Shown here piece by piece: positions 42,901-49,347 of a stretch of DNA of 49,347 nt (position 1 is the first letter of the stretch; each line of letters begins with the position of its first letter). The notes under the pieces are model-generated. The model was not told the origin of the DNA. It saw nothing but the letters and a program-made list of their open reading frames with translations, and made no database searches. The translations under genes were made by a program, and so were the position numbers. Source of the DNA: Terriglobales bacterium (GTDB lineage Bacteria > Acidobacteriota > Terriglobia > Terriglobales > Acidobacteriaceae); NCBI GenBank assembly GCA_035542595.1, contig DATKLD010000269.1:1-49347 (forward strand). The letters run 5' to 3'.

Positions 42901-44010
42901 GACGTGCCCAACGGACTGAGCAACATCAACGGCACCCTGGTGTTCAACGAGAACCGCCTGCGGGTCCAGTCGCTCACAGCACAGACCGGCGGCGGCACGC
43001 TTGCGGTGGGCGGTTTCATCAACTACTCCCATGGTCTCTCCTTTGACCTGACCGCCGCCAGCAAGGACATTCGCTTGCGCTACCCGCCTGGAATCAGCTC
43101 CTACGCCGATGCCGACCTGCGTTTCAGCGGCACGCCCGGCAACTCCCTGCTTTCAGGGACGGTGACCATCAACCGGTTCGCCGTCAGCCCTCAGTTCGAT
43201 TTTGGTTATCTGCTGCAACGCTTCGCCCAACCATCCGGCGCGGCCAACGAGCAGTCGCCGCTGAACAATCTGCACCTCGATCTGCATGTTGTCACAGCGC
43301 AGGAACTGCGGGTGGAGATGTCGATGGCCAAGCTCGCGGGCAACGCCGACCTGCGGCTGCGCGGGACCGCGAGCAACCCCGTTCTGCTCGGGCGTGTGAA
43401 CATCGCGCAAGGCAACATCGACATAGCGGGCACCAAGTATCACCTGGAACGTGGCGACCTGCTGTTCAACAATCCCACTACCATTGCCCCGGTGGTCGAC
43501 CTGGAAGCCACCGCCCGGGTGCGCGACTACGACATCAGCCTGGGAGAACACGGACCGATATCCCATCCCACCGTTAGCCTTCGTTCGGACCCGCCCCTGC
43601 CCCAGTCGGACATCATTGCGCTTCTGGCCCTGGGCCGCACCCGCACAGAGTCGGTGTACTCCTCGACGGGACCGAGCCAGAGCCTGACTGAGCTGACCTC
43701 CAGTGCGGTCCTGGAGCAGGCGCTGGCCAGTGCCTACAGCAGCCGCGCGCAAAGGCTTTTCGGGGCTAGCCGCATCAAGATCGATCCTCAGGCGGGCGGG
43801 ATCGAGAACAACCCCAACGCGCGGGTGAACATCGAGCAGCAGGTCTCCGACAAGGTGACGCTTACGTACGGCACCAGCGTGACGCAATCGACGCAGCAGC
43901 AGACCGTGCAGGTGGAATACCACATCAACCGCCGGCTGTCGCTGGTGGCGATCCGCGACCAAAACGGCGTGGTCTCCTTCGACGTGCGGTACCGGCAGCG
44001 CAGGCGCTGA
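39958..44010 (+). CDS. tamB: translocation and assembly module protein TamB (AsmA-like/DUF490)
   Basis: About 1350 aa with an N-terminal anchor helix (IGVAVLALAAWYL), long beta-rich repeats and a C-terminal DUF490-like region. The ATG overlaps the upstream stop (ATGA). Confidence 0.8.
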   Translation: MTETAPTRKAVRYAGIGVAVLALAAWYLTSASFQERMRRKVVAGLEQMTGARAELKSFRWSLWRLEFEGRDLTLHGLESSDQAPYAHADRLLVRLKVLSLLRYQIGIRRLELEHPVVHIIVYPDGSTNQPGPRMKVKGEAIAGVLFELAIDHAQVDRGELLWNDRRVPLDFTARGLTMTMSYAGLAGTYDARVQVAALDSKYSGFPPLHGKTEFQLMLAPGRAELRSFKLVSDRSLLEARGTLTDFRDPKMELTYSGSLDVVELGVLVPIRELRRGKLEVSGQAAVHAQDFTSAGLLVLKGVEWREPGLSIPELNTAARYSLSRDRLVISNLTAQALGGLITGGAEIINWMSPGLLAQTRQHGVGHLRLSRVQIGALAAAVSTSWLPLERVHPAGVASGTVDFEWTGSTRNLNATSAVEIEPPPSPRPGELPVTARMHIDYHGRQTTVDIAQLSITTRATHFSASGVLGSTGARLSIALNSSDFTELQSVLAALHQPRVTLEVQGRTSFTGNVTGRLAGPTISGHLEISDFDTNLSPGQILLPQATGAVAPAAPRRLHWDSLAADLLYSPSEFSFHHGVLRRGAALARFDVSEGLRNGELEDTSALQGRVSIVGADVQDVQLLAGTAYPITGKLSLNVTLGGTHSSPSGQGPLEITGGTLAGEAFQSLRATLMWASWEVKLTDLTLTHNGAQLNGSLAYNFSDDRFHFDLTGTNFELSKFPRLQRPRLTMAGVAGFHVQGSGTVQAPVINIDLHVRDLVLNREQAGDFDLTGVTHGPDLHLTARSHFQTAELAIDGDIRLRGDFPANVTLRFSHLDISPLLRAYLEGKITVHSSIAGTLDLRGPLLRPRDLNLTGNVDQFSAEIQKVAVESEGPIHFTLANEVLTLDHLHLRGFNRAQPAESGAAAGPTTDIVAGGVIQLGGEHEMKLHADGTLDFGLLQSLNPELTSSGQMEINVAVTGTMAQPQTRGQVRITNGAISYIDVPNGLSNINGTLVFNENRLRVQSLTAQTGGGTLAVGGFINYSHGLSFDLTAASKDIRLRYPPGISSYADADLRFSGTPGNSLLSGTVTINRFAVSPQFDFGYLLQRFAQPSGAANEQSPLNNLHLDLHVVTAQELRVEMSMAKLAGNADLRLRGTASNPVLLGRVNIAQGNIDIAGTKYHLERGDLLFNNPTTIAPVVDLEATARVRDYDISLGEHGPISHPTVSLRSDPPLPQSDIIALLALGRTRTESVYSSTGPSQSLTELTSSAVLEQALASAYSSRAQRLFGASRIKIDPQAGGIENNPNARVNIEQQVSDKVTLTYGTSVTQSTQQQTVQVEYHINRRLSLVAIRDQNGVVSFDVRYRQRRR

Positions 44011-44092
44011 AAATCTTGCTGTAAATCACTGCATTCCCGCCCGTTACCTTTTAGCATTGCAACAGGCCCGGACTGCCGGGCCGGGGTGGCGC

Positions 44093-44761
44093 ATGCAGGA
44101 TTCTTCGCAAATCGACACCTACCGCGAGGGGCGCCGGCTGATGGTCGAAGAACAGCTTCGCAACCGCGGTATTCGGGACGAGCGTGTGCTGGAAGCGATG
44201 GCTCGCGTTCCGCGGCATGAGTTTGTCTGCCCCGAGCTCCGCGACGAAGCCTACGAAGACCATCCCATCGCCATCGGCGAAGGGCAGACTATCTCGCAAC
44301 CTTTCGTGGTGGCCGACATGCTGGAGGCGCTGGCGCTCAGACCCGAAGACGTGGTGCTGGAGGTCGGCACCGGCTCGGGATATGAGACCGCCGTGCTGGC
44401 GGAGTTGGTGGGCAAGGTGTACTCGATCGAGCGCATCGCCAGCCTGGCAGAACGCGCGCGGGTGGTGCTCGAGCGCCTTGGGTACCGCAACGTCACAGTC
44501 GTCCACGGCGACGGCAGCCAGGGCCTGCCGGAAGCCGCTCCCTTCGACGCCATCGTGGTTTCGGCCGCAGCCCCGCACGTGCCCAGGCCACTGCTGGACC
44601 AATTGCGCGACGGCGGCCGCCTGGTGATACCTGTGGGCAGCGGCTTTGCTCAGGAACTGCAGCTTGTGCGCAAGATCGGCGATCGCAATACCGTCCTGTA
44701 CCTGGACGGCGTGCGCTTTGTCCCCCTCATCGGCCGGGATGGGTTCCGCGAAGCGGATTGA
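44093..44761 (+). CDS. pcm: protein-L-isoaspartate O-methyltransferase
   Basis: VPRHEFV, TISQPFVVA, and the SAM motif VLEVGTGSGY. Start taken at ATG 44093. Confidence 0.9.
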   Translation: MQDSSQIDTYREGRRLMVEEQLRNRGIRDERVLEAMARVPRHEFVCPELRDEAYEDHPIAIGEGQTISQPFVVADMLEALALRPEDVVLEVGTGSGYETAVLAELVGKVYSIERIASLAERARVVLERLGYRNVTVVHGDGSQGLPEAAPFDAIVVSAAAPHVPRPLLDQLRDGGRLVIPVGSGFAQELQLVRKIGDRNTVLYLDGVRFVPLIGRDGFREAD

Positions 44762-44844
44762 GTAAGTGAGCAGTTTGGTAAGTGGGTCGCCACTGACATC
44801 CGGATGCCGACTCTAATTACCCAATTACCAAATTACGCAATCAC
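44762..44844 (+). repeat. 8-nt periodic palindrome downstream of pcm (element D)
   Basis: Left arm is gagtaagt gagcagtt tggtaagt gggtcgcc. Right arm is taattacc caattacc aaattacg caatcacc. 44775-44787 pairs with 44819-44831 at 12 of 13 positions. Confidence 0.7.
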
Positions 44845-44866
44845 CAAATCCGTTAGAATCCTTTTC

Positions 44867-45730
44867 GTGGCTCTCGCCCGCAGTCTTCGCATCACGCTCG
44901 ACATGATCAAGTGGGAGCACTCGATCTTTGCCCTTCCGTTTGCGCTGGCCGGGGCGATGCTGGCGGCCGGCGGCCTGCCTAGCTGGCGCCAGCTCGGGTG
45001 GATTCTGGTGGCGATGGTGGCCGCGCGCTCGGCGGCCATGGCTTTCAACCGCCTGGTGGACGAGCCCCTCGATGCCGCCAATCCTCGCACCCAGAGCCGT
45101 GCCCTGCCCGCCGGGCTGCTCTCGCGCCAGTTTGTCGGCGGGTTCGTCGTGCTTTCCTGCGCAGGCTTCGTGCTGGCGGCGGCGGAGCTGAACCGGCTGG
45201 CGCTGGTGCTCTCGCCGTTGGCGCTGGCCGTCCTGCTGCTGTACTCCTACACCAAGCGCTTCACGCGCTGGTCGCACCTGATTCTCGGGTTCGCCGATGG
45301 CATTTCGGCGCCCGCGGGTTGGATCGCTGTCCGGGGCTCGCTCGACGGGCGCATCGTAATCCTGGCCGCCGCCGTGACCTTCTGGGTGGGCGGCTTCGAT
45401 GTCCTCTATGCCTGCCAAGACTATGACTTCGACCGTGAGGCGGGGTTGCACTCGATCCCGCGCTTCATCGGCATCCGCCGCGCCTTATGGGTGGCGCGCG
45501 CCTTCCACCTGCTGATGATCGGACTGCTGCTGTGGCTGGTGTTCGCCCTGCACCTGGGCGCACTGGCGATCATCGGAGTCGCGATCGTGGGCGGGCTGCT
45601 GGCCTACGAGCATTCACTGGTCAGCCACCAGGACCTCAGCCGGCTGAATGCCGCCTTCTTCACCATGAACGGCGTGATCTCGGTCGTGTACTTCCTCTTC
45701 ATTGCCGCCGACCTGCTGCTGCGGCGCTAG
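44867..45730 (+). CDS. UbiA-family aromatic prenyltransferase (possibly the menaquinone/futalosine-route enzyme)
   Basis: NRLVDEPLD (NxxxDxxxD) and a second Asp-rich motif DYDFDREAG, with multiple TM helices. Start placed at GTG 44867; ATG 44804 lies inside the repeat loop. Confidence 0.8.
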   Translation: MALARSLRITLDMIKWEHSIFALPFALAGAMLAAGGLPSWRQLGWILVAMVAARSAAMAFNRLVDEPLDAANPRTQSRALPAGLLSRQFVGGFVVLSCAGFVLAAAELNRLALVLSPLALAVLLLYSYTKRFTRWSHLILGFADGISAPAGWIAVRGSLDGRIVILAAAVTFWVGGFDVLYACQDYDFDREAGLHSIPRFIGIRRALWVARAFHLLMIGLLLWLVFALHLGALAIIGVAIVGGLLAYEHSLVSHQDLSRLNAAFFTMNGVISVVYFLFIAADLLLRR

Positions 45731-45742
45731 AAACCCACCCGA

Positions 45743-46477
45743 TCATTTCAGCAGTGCCTTAACAGTTTGCGGCAATTCGAACACAGAGTCCGCAAGCGGC
45801 TCGTAGGTCACAGACGTGTAGGTCACGGTCTGCGTATGATCGCCGGTGCGCGATATTACTTTCGTCGCCACCAAGGGCCCACCGAAGCTCTTGTAATCCT
45901 GAAACGCGGTCGTGGTGGTACCCGCGGACGATGAGGCGTCCGACTGAAAACGGTAGCCGGCGAGCAGCCCGGTCTGGACGTCGTAGAACTGATTATTATC
46001 CTTGCCCCAGTGGGTAGTGCCGTGAAGCCAATAGCAGGGGCGGCCTTCAAAAGCGGTGACGGCAACAAATTCGAGTCTCTGGAAATAGTCCGGCTGGTGG
46101 AGCGCATATTGAAGGTCGGCATCACGGCGCACCGCTTCGACGGGGGTGGTTTTATCGATGCTCGCTTCCTGCGGAGTTACTGACCATGAAACGCTGCCGT
46201 CGAATCCTGAGACGACTTCCCGGCCGTTGGGCAGCGTGACTCTATGGAGGAACTTGAACGGCTTAGCGTAGGCAACGAAGGCCACTTTTCCTTGCATGCC
46301 AGTGGCTTCGACTTCTCCCCGCCGGGTCTCCGATTGCACCTTGTTTATCACGCCCACCCCTCCCAGGGCCTGCTGATATCTCTGCAGAACCGTGTCGGCT
46401 GTTTTGAGCTGCCCCGCCTGCGGCCAGGCCAGGACAGCACCCGCGAGAACCACCATTGCCAATTTGATTGGACGCAT
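45743..46477 (-). CDS. hypothetical secreted protein (lipoprotein-sorting/LolA-like pattern)
   Basis: Signal peptide MRPIKLAMVVLAGAVLAW, then TADTVLQRYQQALGG...GFDGSVSW. The family call is only a resemblance. Confidence 0.5.
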   Translation of the reverse strand: MRPIKLAMVVLAGAVLAWPQAGQLKTADTVLQRYQQALGGVGVINKVQSETRRGEVEATGMQGKVAFVAYAKPFKFLHRVTLPNGREVVSGFDGSVSWSVTPQEASIDKTTPVEAVRRDADLQYALHQPDYFQRLEFVAVTAFEGRPCYWLHGTTHWGKDNNQFYDVQTGLLAGYRFQSDASSSAGTTTTAFQDYKSFGGPLVATKVISRTGDHTQTVTYTSVTYEPLADSVFELPQTVKALLK

Positions 46478-46534
46478 GTGCATTGGACGAAACACTCGGC
46501 GAAAGGTTATTCGGCCTACAATGAGCTCAGCGCG

Positions 46535-47791
46535 ATGTCGGACGCCTTCCCTAGGACCGTCTTCCACCTGGACATGGACGCGTTCTTTGTGTCCGTCGAG
46601 GAGCTTTTCGACCCGTCGCTGAAGGGCAAGGCCGTTGTGGTGGGCGGGCAGCGCAACGAGCGCGGCGTGGTCTCGGCAGCCTCGTACGAAGCGCGAAAGT
46701 TCGGCGTCCACTCAGCCATGCCGCTGCGCACCGCCGCAAAGCTTTGTCCGCATGCCATCTTCGTGGACGGACATCCGGAGCGCTATCGCGAATATTCGCA
46801 AAAGGTGTACGCCGTGCTCGGGCATTTCTCCCCCAAGGTGGAGATGGCATCCATTGACGAAGCCTATCTCGACATGAGCGGCACCGAGCGGCTGCACGGT
46901 CCGCCGCTGCGCGCCGCTCATGCCCTGCACGCTGCGATCAAGAGCGAGACGCAACTCAACTGCTCCATCGGCATCGCCACCTCGCGGCTGGTCGCCAAGG
47001 TTTCTTCGGACCAGGCCAAGCCCAACGGTGTGCTGTGGGTGCTGCCCGGGCAGGAAGCGCGCTTTCTGGCGCCGCTCGATGTCCGCAGGATTCCCGGCGT
47101 GGGCAAGGTGCTGGAGAAGAGCCTCCACGATCTCGGCATTTACAAAGTGGGAGATCTGGCGGTGCTCGACGAGTCATTTCTCGATGAGCGCTTCGGCAAG
47201 TGGGGGCTGGCGCTGGCCGGCAAGGCGCGCGGCCTCGATGCCGGCGGATGGTTCGACAGCGAGATCGGCGAAAATGAGCAACCCAAGTCGATCAGCCACG
47301 AGCACACCTTCAACGAAGACACGGCGGATGTTGAACAGCTCGAATCCACTTTGGCACGGCTTACCGAGATGGTCTGCCGTCGCCTGCGCGAGCACGGGCT
47401 CCACGCGCGCACTGTCCAGCTCAAGCTGCGGTACAAAGATTTTTCCACCATCACCCGCGCCCGCAGCCTGGATGCGGCGACGCAGGTTGATAGCGAAATC
47501 TTAAGCGTCGTCCGCGCTCTGTTTCGTGCCAACTGGAAGCCGGGTGCTCAGGTGCGCCTGCTGGGCGTTCACGCCTCGTCCTTTGAGGTTGCGGAAGGGC
47601 AACTCGGGCTGCTGGACGGTGGAAAGCACCAGCGCTGGCAGCAAGCCCTTTCCGCCGCCGACCGGCTGCGCGACAAATACGGCGAAGACGCCGTCTCCCT
47701 GGCCACAGGTTTGAAAGGCGGATTCCGTGAACGCGTCCACGAGAATCCTGCGAGCCTTCCCGGTAAACAACCCAGGGGCAGGCGTGATTGA
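46535..47791 (+). CDS. dinB: DNA polymerase IV (Y-family)
   Basis: VFHLDMDAFFVSVEE, SIDEAYLD, and GIATSRLVAKVSSDQAKPNG. The internal ATG 46535 is used. Confidence 0.9.
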   Translation: MSDAFPRTVFHLDMDAFFVSVEELFDPSLKGKAVVVGGQRNERGVVSAASYEARKFGVHSAMPLRTAAKLCPHAIFVDGHPERYREYSQKVYAVLGHFSPKVEMASIDEAYLDMSGTERLHGPPLRAAHALHAAIKSETQLNCSIGIATSRLVAKVSSDQAKPNGVLWVLPGQEARFLAPLDVRRIPGVGKVLEKSLHDLGIYKVGDLAVLDESFLDERFGKWGLALAGKARGLDAGGWFDSEIGENEQPKSISHEHTFNEDTADVEQLESTLARLTEMVCRRLREHGLHARTVQLKLRYKDFSTITRARSLDAATQVDSEILSVVRALFRANWKPGAQVRLLGVHASSFEVAEGQLGLLDGGKHQRWQQALSAADRLRDKYGEDAVSLATGLKGGFRERVHENPASLPGKQPRGRRD

Positions 47792-48052
47792 GGGGTTGCA
47801 TTCGTCAAGCGCGCCATCCCCGTGACCAACTGAATCCAGGAGACTTACACTATTAATGGTGCAATCGAATATCAATCCGGCATAAAATTGCGCTGAGTTG
47901 GGCAGCGCGGAGCGCCATTCTCATTAGGCGAAAGTTTTGCGGCCAAAAGTAAGGTTGAGGTGATTTTTCTTTTTGGGAAGTTTCGGTTCTAGCGAGCAGA
48001 ATTCTCACTTGTTCGAAGGAAGTGGGGTTCGAGTAAGGAGCACGAGCAGCAA

Positions 48053-48262
48053 ATGGCAGAGAAGGAACGCGGCACCGTGAAGTGGTTCAACGCCACCAAA
48101 GGATACGGCTTCATCCAGCGGGAGCAGGGCGGGGACGTGTTCGTACACTATTCCGCCATCCAGTCGGATGGATATCGCTCTCTCAATCAGGGCGATGCGG
48201 TGGAGTTCGAAGTGCAAGAAGGTCCTAAGGGCCTGCAGGCCGCAAACGTTACCCGTCTGTAG
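48053..48262 (+). CDS. cold-shock protein (CspA family)
   Basis: RNP1 KGYGFI and RNP2 VFVHY. SD AAGGAG upstream, with a roughly 250-nt upstream non-coding region. Confidence 0.95.
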   Translation: MAEKERGTVKWFNATKGYGFIQREQGGDVFVHYSAIQSDGYRSLNQGDAVEFEVQEGPKGLQAANVTRL

Positions 48263-48346
48263 GTTTTCCCCCACCACGGCCAGTAGGGACGCCCAGGCGG
48301 CTCTGTGCCTGCCTGGGACTGCTGACGTCTGTCGGCCGGCTGAGGT

Positions 48347-49347
48347 ATGATTTCGTCCGGGATGGCACGGGACTTCCAGACCGATGATGTTCGGTTGCAT
48401 AGCATCTATGAGAAGGCTCTCGCCCGCGAGCGCCTCAGCGCTGACGATGCTCTGACTCTCTACCGCACCGGCGACATCCTCGCCGTGGGCTGGCTGGCCA
48501 ACCACGTCCGCGAGCGAATGCACCGCAACAATACCTACTTCAACGTCAACCGGCACATCAACCCGACCAACGTGTGCGTGGCCGCGTGCCGCCTGTGCGC
48601 CTTCGGACGCAAAAAGGACACCCCCGGCGCTTACACCATGGCGCTCGAAGAGGCCTGGCAGACGGCGGCCTCGGGATACAGCGAGGCGGTCACCGAGTTC
48701 CACATCGTGGGTGGGCTGCATCCCGACCTGCCGTTCGAATATTTCCTCGACCTGGTGCGCGGGCTCAAGGAGCGCTTTCCGCAAGTTCACATCAAAGCAT
48801 TCACGATGGTCGAGGTCGCGTACCTGGCCAAGCGCGCCAAGCTTTCGATCCGGGAGACGCTTGAAGAGTTGAAAGCCGCTGGCGTGGATTCTCTGCCCGG
48901 CGGCGGCGCCGAGATCTTCGCCGATCGCATTCGGCACATCATCTGCGACCACAAGATTGACGGCGACCAGTGGCTGGAAACCGCGCGCCTGGCGCATCAG
49001 CTCGGCCTGCGCTCCAACGCCACCATGCTCTACGGGCACATCGAGAGCGACGAAGACCGGGTGGATCACCTGCTCAAGCTGCGTGTCCTGCAGGACGAGA
49101 CGGGAGGGTTCCAAACCTTCATTCCGCTGGCGTTTCATCCCGTGAACACTCCGCTCCAGCACCTGCCGACCACCACCGGTCTGAACGATATCCGGCAGAT
49201 CGCCGCCAGCCGCCTGGTGCTGGACAATTTCGCGCACATCAAGGCCTACTGGCAGATGCTCAGCCCCAAGATCGCGCAGATCGCGCTGCGCTTCGGCGCC
49301 GACGACCTGGACGGCACCGTCATCGAAGAGAAGATCTACCACGACGC
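48347..49347 (+). CDS. mqnE: radical-SAM menaquinone (futalosine pathway) enzyme, MqnE-like; the 3' end lies outside the window
   Basis: The frame is open from TGA 48341-48343 to the window end. YFNVNRHINPTNVCVAACRLCAF (CxxxCxxC), FHIVGGLHP, and SNATMLYGHIE. It is absent from the ORF track only because it has no stop in the window. MqnE versus MqnC is not certain. Confidence 0.8.
   Translation, partial: MISSGMARDFQTDDVRLHSIYEKALARERLSADDALTLYRTGDILAVGWLANHVRERMHRNNTYFNVNRHINPTNVCVAACRLCAFGRKKDTPGAYTMALEEAWQTAASGYSEAVTEFHIVGGLHPDLPFEYFLDLVRGLKERFPQVHIKAFTMVEVAYLAKRAKLSIRETLEELKAAGVDSLPGGGAEIFADRIRHIICDHKIDGDQWLETARLAHQLGLRSNATMLYGHIESDEDRVDHLLKLRVLQDETGGFQTFIPLAFHPVNTPLQHLPTTTGLNDIRQIAASRLVLDNFAHIKAYWQMLSPKIAQIALRFGADDLDGTVIEEKIYHD

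Noticed and set aside
48005-49342. A 445-aa minus-strand ORF at the right end of the window
   Set aside because: It is antisense to csp and to the clearly recognisable radical-SAM MqnE-like gene, which is missing from the ORF track only because it runs off the window. It contains no motifs.

Overview
A 49.3-kb, high-GC bacterial chromosomal segment, densely coding on both strands. I call about 47 protein genes and found no rRNA, tRNA, CRISPR array, transposase or integrase. All product names come from motif recognition by eye, since no database search or folding program was available.

The gene content suggests a Gram-negative, Acidobacteriota-like soil bacterium, which is inference only. The supporting genes are a BamA/SurA-like/TamB cluster, an ECF sigma/zf-HC2 anti-sigma/DUF4097 operon, DUF4136 and DinB-family proteins, futalosine-route menaquinone genes and a GT39/ArnT-like transferase.

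Most of the window is housekeeping:
- hrcA-grpE-dnaJ-rsmE
- an rpoZ-like gene followed by rho
- comM/yifB, aroK, pcm, dinB (Pol IV), csp and mrp
- a UvrD-type helicase-nuclease coupled to rmuC
- a ThiF-type adenylyltransferase

Several things are not explained by ordinary annotation:
1. **Periodic palindromic spacers.** Four intercistronic spacers (2908-2980, 14031-14113, 30056-30155, 44762-44844) are built from in-phase 7-8-nt tandem units arranged as two opposed arms. Each starts at the stop codon of the upstream gene. One pairs that stop codon with the next gene's start codon in a perfect 15-bp stem.
2. **Low-GC islet.** A roughly 1.6-kb islet (8468-10036) is bounded by an 11-bp inverted repeat. 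It carries an overlapping XRE-HTH / minimal-nucleotidyltransferase gene pair that resembles AbiE/MNT toxin-antitoxin logic.
3. **Gene-free stretch.** About 1.1 kb (26830-27915) holds nested repeats, a 21-bp-stem hairpin, a near-consensus promoter with a palindromic operator, and a roughly 480-nt leader with an anti-SD/SD hairpin.
4. **Stand-alone 12-codon ORF.** A Lys-rich ORF has a strong SD and a U7 terminator.
5. **dnaJ start.** The conserved J-domain N-terminus can only be included by a non-AUG/GUG/UUG start.
6. **BchI-like AAA / VWA pair.** Both Walker motifs deviate from canon, and the pair sits next to a Lon-N-domain-only protein.
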